Shown here: one piece after another, positions 10,801-18,973 of the stretch
Layout of the letters: every line of letters starts with the position of its first letter
How positions within the stretch are numbered: position 1 is the first letter of the stretch
Source of the DNA: Thecamonas trahens ATCC 50062
Lineage: Eukaryota; Protista; Apusomonadida
Reading direction: 5' to 3'
Length of the DNA: 18,973 bases
NCBI RefSeq assembly: GCF_000142905.1
Contig: NW_013657673.1
Span: 550,204-569,176 of the forward strand
Notes under the pieces: model-generated
What the model saw: only the letters and a program-made list of their open reading frames with translations
Told to the model about the DNA's origin: nothing
Databases searched by the model: none
Program-made: the position numbers and the translations under genes

Positions 10801-12815
10801 GCGATCATGTCGTTGCCCGAGAGCGCCAGATCGCCGAGAATGTCGGCAAGCATGTCGCGGGCGTCTTGCAGTGAGGTGAGCTTGGCGTCGTCGTCGTCGG
10901 CGAGGTCGGCAAGGTCGTCGGGCAGATCGTCAGCGAGGATGACAGGTGCACCGGCGAGGAGCGCCGAAATCGACTGCAGCTCGCGATCGAGCGAGCGCTT
11001 GTTGAGCGACTGGCCGCCGGTTGTAGTCGAGCCGGCGGCGCCAGGCGCTGGACGGCGTGAGAGGCCCGGGCGCGAGACCGAGGAGGTGGTCATGGTCCGG
11101 CGGGCAGAGGTGGTGCGGGCGACACCTGCGGCGCGCGACGGGGCGATGACCTCCTCCTCGATGGCACGGAGCTCGTCGGCCTCCTGCTCCTTGGCGCGAT
11201 CGCGACGCTGGTTCATGATAATATCGATGTAGCCGGCGATGAGAGCAGAGATCTTCTGGCCTTCCTCGGTGAGGACGGTGTAGTACTCGTCCTTATGGTC
11301 GCCGTAGTCGAGGGTGATCGAGGTCTTGGACGGCGACCAGCGGCGGAGCTGGGTGAGGGCAAAGGCCTCCTCAAGCGGCTGCTTGGTGATGGCGTCGAGG
11401 CGGAAGAGATGCGACTTGGAAATGCCAAGGAGGATAGGCTGGAACTTCTTGGTCAACTTGCCCTTCTTGTTGCGGATGGCTTCCTGGACGGTGAAGACAG
11501 TGATACCAAAGGTGTCAAGCGAGCGGGCGAGCTGGATGAACCGGAACTTGGCGTCGGTAACGGACATGCTGCCGAGCTTGGCGTGGGCCTGGAACACCTT
11601 CTCGGCGAGCTTCTTGGTCTTCTTGAACTCGATAGGCACAAACGGGCGAACATCGATCTTGCCCTTGCGGTGGCGATCGGGATCGTGTGCGCCGAGCACA
11701 ACCTGGGCCATGAGAGCGGCAAAGAGAATGGCCTCGTCAAACTGGACCGGCAGGGCGCCCGAGGTCACGTCGTCGCGAAGCTGCTCAAAGAGGAGTGAGA
11801 GGGTCTGCGGATCCGAGGTGTCGATGGAGGCGTCGTAGAAGAAAAACTTCTTCTTGAGCAGGAGCGTGGTGTCGGCGGTGACGCCCTGGGCGTTGAGCGT
11901 CATGTCGGCCTTGAGCCATTCGTCGTCGGAGACTGGCTCGCCGCGTTTGCGGCGGCGCTTGAGATCTTTCTCGCGCGCCGCGCGCTGCTCGTCCGTCAGC
12001 TCATCCTCGGCGACCATGAGCGAGAACTCTTCCGGGTTGGAAATGTTCTGCTTGGCGCAGATGACTTCGACAAGGGAGGCGACCGGCTGCGAGACGTCGC
12101 ACATGATGACTTTGCGCGAGCCGTCCATCAGCAGAATCCTCAGCGGCTGCTTGACCTGCTTGTAGACCAGCTCATCGAGGTTGTGCACGTCGTAGTACCG
12201 CAGCGTCTTGGTCAGATCGAGCCAGTAGCACTTGGTCAAGTCAAACTTGTTGAGAAAGTACAGCCCATAGTCAGGCCGTGCCTCCATATTGAACGTTTCT
12301 GCGATCTTGGCCACGCAGTCGACGCCGTACGCCGACTGCAGAGGGAGGGATGGGGGAGGGGGGGGGGGGGGGGAGGCGGCGGTTGAGTCGCGAGTCTGTG
12401 AAAAACGAGCCTTTCGGCAAAATTGGTAAACGGCTCACCCTCGGTCGAAGCAGCCCATGGCGGACGCTGGGGATGTAGGGCATACACGACGACTACGGGG
12501 TTGTGCAGTAGGTGTAGGTGGCGAGCGATGGTGCCTGTAGGGCGAGCAGGGTGTGAAAGGGCAGACGCTATGCCGCACAAGACGCGGGCGACAGGGCGGG
12601 CGAGCGGAGGGAAGGGGCGGAACAATGGCAGCAGGGCAACATACCGACATGAACTTGATGGACTTTGTCCGCTCGTTGATGGCACGCGTGCTGGGGTCTC
12701 GATCCTGCATGGTGATACGGACAGTGAGCTCCTGGCCATTGTCGGTTGTCTCGTGGTAGTCAAAGATGGCCTCGTTGATGCCCATACCGAGCCCGCCGGC
12801 GATACCGGACGACAT
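4894..12815 (-). CDS. TLN: Talin, full length, about 2540 aa (F0-F3 FERM head, helical rod, I/LWEQ actin-binding domain, dimerisation helix); exons 12815-12645 and 12335-4894 with one frame break near 6865
   Basis: Head resembles talin: DYGLY..YWLDLTKTLRYY..KQPLRILLMDGSRKVIMCD..ICAKQNISNPEEFSL; TLLLKKKFFFYD; QLRRWSPSKTSITLDYGD..LIAGYIDII. C-terminus FEEQLVEGCKTI..STGLISAAQRV..ASTAHLVVAAQVKA..RVLAAQQELEKARQ. Intron GTATGT(12644)...TGCAG(12336), phase 0. Confidence 0.95.
12336..12644 (-). other. Spliceosomal intron of talin
   Basis: GTATGT donor, poly-C tract, TGCAG acceptor; the join is in frame (KFMS|SAYGVDCVAK). Confidence 0.88.
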
Positions 12816-12865
12816 TTGCGGTGGGTGTGCGAGTCGAGTGATGGGCGGCGAAATGGGGGCGTTTG

Positions 12866-13744
12866 TTACTGGGCCTTCTTGGCGTCCGGATCGGTCGGGG
12901 CAGGTCCGCCGGCAACCGCAGCCTTGAGTGCCTTGATCTCTTCACGAGCAGACTTCAGCTTGTAGTTGAGCGAGAAAAGGCCCTTGTTGACAGCCGAGAG
13001 AACAAGGAGCATGAGGGTGAGGTACATGTTGCGCTGAGCGCGGAAGTAGCGGATCTGGTTGGCCTTGGAGTTTGCGTGCGCGTCGCCATGCTCGCGTTCG
13101 TCAGCGATCGTGGTGGCAGTGCGGAACGAGTCGGCAAAGACGAGAGCCACAAAGACGAGGAGTGCGTAGTATGCGAGCTGACCACGGGCACCCGAGAGGG
13201 TGACGAGCTTGGAGATGAGGGTGTGCTGCAGGAGTTTGACCACAACCGAGAGAGTGGCCGAGATAGTGCCGACGATGGCGAACACGCCAGCATGGGGGGT
13301 GGGGGGAAGGGGGGGGAATGACGACGATGATGGAAACCGGGACGAGGAAAGCAACCAGGACGGGGACGGGAACAGCAACCAGGAACAGCAACCAGGATGA
13401 GGACAGTAACCAGGACGACGACGGCAACCAGGATGAGGACAGTAACCAGGATGGGGATAGCAACCAGGACGACGACGGCAACCAGGACGACAACCACCAC
13501 ACGACCATGACACACAATCTTATTAAGTCATCATCCCCCACCCCCCCATGCCCTTGCCCCCGCACATGTGACCATTCACAGGCGAAGAGACCAAAGAATG
13601 GCCGACCTCAGCAAGAAGAACCAAAGACGGCCCCGCAGGCTACGGACGTACCTTCCACGAGACAAAGAGAGGAACAAGTAGGACGGCACAGATAAGAGCC
13701 TGGACAATGAGGGTGTAGTAGACACCGGCGAGGATGATGCTCAT
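12866..13744 (-). CDS. BCAP31: BAP31/BAP29 (Yet) family ER membrane protein, 2 exons (13744-13652, 13225-12866), about 150 aa
   Basis: TM1 VYYTLIVQALICAVLLVP, TM2 LLVFVALVFADSFR, hallmark FRAQRNMYL and C-terminal KKXX (KKAQ). Donor GTACGT at 13651; acceptor CTGCAG at 13226 is inferred. Confidence 0.92.
13352..13495. repeat. 18-bp minisatellite (AACCAGGA core) in the BAP31 intron
   Basis: Units aaccaggatgaggacagt / aaccaggacgacgacggc / aaccaggatggggatagc, about 5-6 copies plus partial ones. Confidence 0.85.
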
Positions 13745-14019
13745 GTTGATGGGTGAAGGACAGTTAGTGAGGTGGACGATGATGGTTGTCTGCTGGGTGA
13801 AGACGTAGGTCGGTGGCGGAGTTTCGAACAATGGCACACACACCCACACACACACGTTTGTGGCACTGGCTCTCTCACCAACACACGCAAGACCTGGTAC
13901 CACTCTGGTTTAGCTGGGACGGGCTCATCATGCAGCTTCTTCACACACAATCAACGATTGTTTAGCCCACCACATAAAACTCTTGCGCTAGCCCAAGCTC
14001 TCACGTTTGCTCTCTCGGC

Positions 14020-17000
14020 CTACAACAACGAACCGGACGAGTTGTTGACGTTGCCGAGGAGGCCAGAGCCGGCAGCGACAAAGGTAGGCGCAGTGGCGGC
14101 CACCTCGTCGTCGTAGTAGTCATAGTACTCGTCGTCACCGGCAGGAGCCGCGGGCAAAGACGCGGCCGGAGCAGCGGACGCAGGAGCGGCCGCCGAGCCG
14201 GTGGCGCTGTAGCCAAGGTCGAGCAGGTTGGAGGTGCGCGAGGGCTTGGCCGAGGCGGGCGCAGGCGTGGCAGACGCGCCCGGCACGTCGTCGTCATAGT
14301 AGTCGTAGTAGTCGTCGTCAGCACCAGTGGCGGCGCCGTAGAACCCGTAGTTTCCACCGACGGGTGCGGCGGCGCCGGGCATGCCGGGTGCGGCGCCAGG
14401 TGCGGCGTCGTCGTCCGAGTAGTAGTCGTACTCGCCGTCGTCTGCGTAAAAGGCGTCGAGCGACATGTCGCCGGCAGCGCCGACGACACCGCCAAACGCC
14501 GGTGTCTGTGCCTGCTGCATGGACGGAACGCCGTGGGCTGCGGCGTAGTCATCGGGGCCAAAGCCGCCAAAGCCAGACGAGCCAAAGCCGCGGGCAGACG
14601 GGGCCTGCAGCGGCGCCGCTGGCGTCCGCAGCGAGTGGTCGGGCTCCTCAAGCGTCCACTCGGGAAGCGGGAGGTAGGCCGGTGTGGCGTGGCCGACCAG
14701 GTGCGAGAGCGAGCCGATGACAAAGGCTGCGCGCGAGGCGTAGGGCGAGACGACGCGCGGCGCCGGCTTGGGCGCGTGGAAGAGGCGCTTGGCGGCGGCG
14801 GCAAAGAGCGGCGTCTCGCGCTTGGCGAGTACGGCAGTCATGAAGCGGACCCGGTCGCGAACGTCGTAGTTGGCGTCGTACTTGCCCAGCGCAAGAATGT
14901 ACTCAAAGAGTTTGGCGGTCTGGTTCGGGTTGGCAAGGAAGAGCTTGGCAGCCATGTTGAGGATCTGCAGCTTGGTCACCTCGTCCTCGGCCGCAAACGA
15001 CTTTGCCAGCTTGCGCTCGACATCGGGCGCATACTCGGGCACCCGCGATGCGTACTCGCCAATAACCCAGACGATACACGCGCGCGCCGATGCGATGGAG
15101 ATTTTGTCCAGCAAGTAGATGAGGTGCTTGATGATGTCGTCGAGGGCGCCCGACTGGACGGTCGCCACCTCAGAGGCGGTGAGCGCAGAGACCGTCGGCT
15201 CGGCCACCGCACGCAGCTGCAGCAGCTTCTTGATAACCACCACCGACTCGGCCACCACAAGGTCCGACTTGGAGTGCAAGAGCGAGATGAGGCCCTCGAG
15301 GCACGACTCGGTCACCTCAGGCACCCGCATGGCACACCGGCCCACAGCCTGGATCGACTCGGTGACAAACGAGACTTCGCCAGACCGCACGTACTGCTTG
15401 AGCTCGTGGAGAATGGCGGAGATGTTCGACTCGGACGCCAGCTGAGTGATGATCTCCAGCTTGAGCTTGCGAACATACATCGGGTCGCCAGACTTGACAA
15501 AGAACTCCTTGAGCGAGCCCAGAAACATCGACGGCCGCTTCGATGCCATGGTCGCAATGTTCGAGAGCACCACGTACTGCACCTCGCGGTGCGAGCGGAC
15601 GAGCCGGATGAGCGCCTTGCCGGCAATGCCCACGTCGGAGCGAGGCGCCGAGTGGAAAAAGAGCATGGCGACAGACATAACGACCGACGCGTTGCGTGAC
15701 TGCAGCAGCGACTGGGCTCCACGGAGCACAGCCCGGTGGTCTGCGTGCATGTAGTACTCCTTGACCGCCCCGTCAGGCGCAGTCGTCACGTCCTCGGCAT
15801 AGAACGAGTCGAGGTCCTGGGCGAGGCCCGACGCGCCCCATCCGTCGTCGTTGTCGGCGTCCTCCTCAGTTGTGGCCCCGTTGGGGTTGAGGAACTGCGT
15901 CCGGATGTACCGCACCAGCATGTTGAGGATCATAGTCTGGCCCCACTCGTCGCAGTCGACGAGCAGCGTGCAGAGCTTGAGGTACTGCGGGTGGATAAGC
16001 TCATACTTGGTTGGGCAGACCACGTTAAAGGCGTTGACCGCAGAGCCGAGCACAAGCGTCGACGAATCGTTGAGGAGCGTCTCGATCATGTCCACAAGCT
16101 CATCCTCGGTGTCCGGAGAGACCGAATACAGCTTGGGAATGGCGTGCGCCGCAGCCTTGCGCACGTACGGGCTCGGGTCCGAGCAGCAGGTCTTGATGGC
16201 GGCCGCCACCACTTGCGAGATGATGGGCACTCGGATCGACGAGAGCACTCGGAGCGACGACGCACGGATGAGCTGGTTCGAGTCCTGCAAGTTCTTCTGG
16301 AACGTCCCACAGAGAGGAGCGCGAGATCCTGCTGCTGCTCCGCATAGTGCTGCAGGAAGATGTACACCAGCTTCTTGACCTCGAGCGACTCGCAGACCAC
16401 GTTCTTGACCACGTCCGGGAACATGTGCGAGACGTCGCGGCCCTTGGAGAACATCTGCCCCCCACACACGCCATCAGTCAAATGAGTGCTTTTCATGTGA
16501 GTTCTTCTGCGCGCAGGCCTGCTGCCCGTGACCTTGTCCCGCTCTGCTACCTCCGCTGCAGGAAAAGGTCGTAGTAGACCAGGTGGGTGAAATTGTGGTG
16601 GCGATCACGATCGCGATTTGCCAGAGCATGATCGCGATCGCGAGTGTCGCTGGCACGGCGGGGAGGACAAGGTGGCGTGGGGGGGGAGTGTGGAAGGTCG
16701 GCAGAGGAAAGGCAGTGGAGCGGCAGGTTGTGTGGTGGGTTGGGGGGAGGTTGTGGGGGGAGGGGGAAGGGGGAAGGAGTGGAGGAGTGGGTGGAGGAAG
16801 CGGCGGTGGGGCATGCGACTGGCGGCGATTCGTTGAAATGCGTGTGACTTGACGAGGGGGGGGTGGGGACAGCAGGGGATGGGGAGGAGGACAAGGCGAG
16901 AGAAGAAGAAAGGGAAGAGAAGGGGATGGGGGGGATGTGTGGAGGAGGGGGGTTACGTACAGCAATGAGGCGCTTCAGGCCCTCCAGCTTGTCCTTGGTC

Positions 17001-17194
17001 GACCTGTTGTCCAGCAAGCGGGCGACCTCTTCCATTTTCTCGTCGGTGCCACCGCCAAAGAGGCCAAGGCCGTCCTCGCCATAGACCGACGAGACGGACG
17101 AGTTTGCTCCACCTGGGCCAAAGCCGCCGCCTCCAAAGCCGGAAGTGGTCGAGCCGCCTGGAGAGCCCGCTGCCTCGTAAAAGCCGTTCGACAT
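14020..17194 (-). CDS. AP3B: AP-3 complex beta subunit, about 890 aa; exons 17194-16961 and 16454-14020 with one frame break at 16306-16308
   Basis: [10 protein letters not shown]|[41 protein letters not shown]; [27 protein letters not shown]; [16 protein letters not shown]; DEWGQ; [10 protein letters not shown]; [11 protein letters not shown]; [17 protein letters not shown]. These are AP3B-type motifs. Confidence 0.95.
16455..16960 (-). other. Spliceosomal intron of AP3B
   Basis: GTACGT donor, C-rich body, ACTGAT branch-like site, GCAG acceptor; phase 0. Confidence 0.92.
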
Positions 17195-17745
17195 GAGGAC
17201 TCACTGCAGCGTCGAGTGGCGGGACTCGCTGTCGGTGGCGGCGAGGGCCGACCGGGCGGCGGGTGGCGGGTGGCGGCTGGTGGCGGCTGTGTGATGGGAG
17301 TTGTGTGCAAGGAGGCGTTTCTTCACGGCCATGCGTAGGCAAGTGCGTGGGGCTGCAGAGGAGTCGTGGGGGGGGGGGGGGGGGCATGTCACGGGTGCCG
17401 AGGCCTGGATCCGTAGAATGAAGTCGAGTGTGCGAGAGGGGAGAGGGGGGGAGGGGGGGAGACAACGGTAAATGCGAGACGCTGGCAGCTGCAAGGACGC
17501 GCCGGTCATGTCCGGTGTCGAGCGAGTGGCGGAAGAGATGAGAGAGCACGCGACGCAAGCGAAAGATGCGGGCAGGCAGCAGGAGTGGTGGGCGGTGGTG
17601 GAAGGTGGAGAGCGAGGGAGGCTGCGGTGTAGAGCGGGCGGCTGTCCAGAGCACGAGCGCTGAGCAACGCGAGGCTCCCAGGGAGAACGATGTGCGAGAG
17701 AGAAACAGAGAGGGGTGGGCCGAAAGAGCAAGAGGATGCATAGAC

Positions 17746-18051
17746 TTAGAGGATAGTGCACGACTTCTTGGAGCCCTCGCCGGGCTTTGGCCCCGAGTTT
17801 GGATCTCTCAACTCTAGAAATTCCTCGGACGGCAGTGACTCGACGTCGCCGAGGATCTCGTCGTTGCCAATCTGGCGCTTTGCCTCGGGCAGGTAGAGGA
17901 AGCAGGTCTGTGCGTCGATGTTGTAGCAGCGCGACTTTTCACGCACAATGTCCACAGCAGCCTGGCCGGTCAGTTCCAGGTCCATACGAATCGTCTTCTC
18001 GATGACCGGGTAGTTCCACGGGAACACAATGCGCTTGGTAGTCGTGCCCAT
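17746..18051 (-). CDS. 101-aa ubiquitin-like (beta-grasp) protein with a C-terminal CaaX prenylation box (KKSCTIL*)
   Basis: ATG at 18051 in a CACC-ATG-G context, balanced amino-acid composition, beta-beta-alpha-beta-beta-beta pattern, and a basic residue pair plus CTIL directly before TAA. Confidence 0.8.
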   Translation of the reverse strand: MGTTTKRIVFPWNYPVIEKTIRMDLELTGQAAVDIVREKSRCYNIDAQTCFLYLPEAKRQIGNDEILGDVESLPSEEFLELRDPNSGPKPGEGSKKSCTIL

Positions 18052-18199
18052 GGTGACTCGATGTGTAGAGATCAGAGAGAGGAGGGGGTGGAGGGTGGAG
18101 GGGGTGGGAGAAAGGCGGAGAGGGTGGGTGCCTAGTCCGAGCCGAAGTCTAAAACGGTGCTGTTGTGGGTCGGCAAACGTTAGATAGTTAGCCACCGAG

Positions 18200-18370
18200 G
18201 AGAAGGGAGGGGGGGGGTGAGTGGTGAGTGGTGCACAGGGTGCTGGTTACAGCAAGAGGAGCAAGGGGATGGGAGAGGAGAGGAGAGGAGAGGAGGGGAG
18301 GAGGGGGAGGACAGGGGCCGGGGGACGGAGGGGCAGGTGGGGAGTGCGGGGAGGAAGTGGCGGTGTGGGG
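18200..18370. repeat. Purine/G-rich low-complexity tract, likely a 5'-UTR intron or intergenic DNA of the CaaX gene
   Basis: ggaggagaggagaggagggg runs; on the minus strand they are followed by GCTAAC/CTAAC and CAG near 18160-18195. Confidence 0.5.
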
Positions 18371-18973
18371 TGCGTAGGTAGGCAAAATGGAGGCAGGCGA
18401 GTTGGCCGCCGCCAGCAACCGGCAACCGCACGCGTGGCGGGAAGGCGGCAGCAAAGCGAAGGCTCCTTGGCGAGGAGGAGCGGGATACGGAGTCTAACCG
18501 CTGGAAAAAAGATGGAGCACACTGTACAGAGGGAGTGTAGCAGTGGTGGGAGCTGCTTGGTTGGGTATGGGCTTCAGCATGGGGAGGGGGAGGTCAGGGA
18601 GCACCCCGCCGAGCTCGACGCCAATGTTCGCGATCAGAGGCGACGGACATTCGACGGGAGCGAGCGGAGCGACCGATGGGCAAGGACGAGGGAGCTACGA
18701 ATAGCGCTAATGGAGGAGGGATAGGGGGGATTAAAGTGGATAGGAGCAGAGTACACGCATCACACATGTACACCAGGAGGTTTGTAGCAAGAAAAAGTCG
18801 TTCTGTACCAAGTACGAGGTGGCGGAAGACGGTGCGTTCCCCAAAGCGGGGCAGGCGGGGAACTGGACGTGCCAACAACGTTGGTCACTTTTTTCCCTCA
18901 ACCGCCACGACGACGGCCCCAGGCGGGGGGGGGGGGGGGGGCAGGAGGGGAGGGGAAGGGGGGGGGGGGGAAA

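Noticed and set aside
6940-11232. Very long + strand ORFs (852 and 572 aa) antisense to talin
   Set aside because: Codon-register shadows of a GC-rich, Ala-rich gene; Ser/Ala-dominated with no domain motifs.
13352-13495. CRISPR-like repeat-spacer appearance
   Set aside because: 8-bp core, 10-bp related spacers, eukaryotic intron, no cas genes.
14533-15699. 388-aa + strand ORF
   Set aside because: Antisense shadow of AP3B.
16600-16645. GATCGCGATC palindromic cluster in the AP3B intron
   Set aside because: Short hexamer slippage repeat; no snoRNA box or stable ncRNA structure could be supported by eye.
18594-18878. Possible upstream coding exon for the CaaX gene
   Set aside because: No consensus donor or in-frame join could be supported; composition looks non-coding.

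Overview
Compact, GC-rich eukaryotic genomic DNA from a draft assembly with two N gaps; not prokaryotic. A full-length talin, intron-poor genes and high GC suggest a unicellular opisthokont relative such as an apusomonad (inference only). Eight protein genes can be built: PEX13 (+), a Tim17-like membrane protein (-, 5' end lost in a gap), ribulose-phosphate 3-epimerase (+), YAE1 (-), talin of about 2540 aa (-), BAP31 (-), AP-3 beta adaptin (-) and a 101-aa ubiquitin-fold-like protein ending in a CaaX box (-). Five genes carry a single phase-0 intron near the 5' end with a GTAYGT donor. PEX13, talin and AP-3 beta each have a -1 frame break at a short homopolymer, most likely base-calling errors but worth testing for recoding or editing. 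The most interesting items are the stand-alone prenylated talin-F0/UBL3-like protein, an AP-3 beta whose ear domain appears replaced by a Tyr/acidic repeat tail, and the very tight gene packing.
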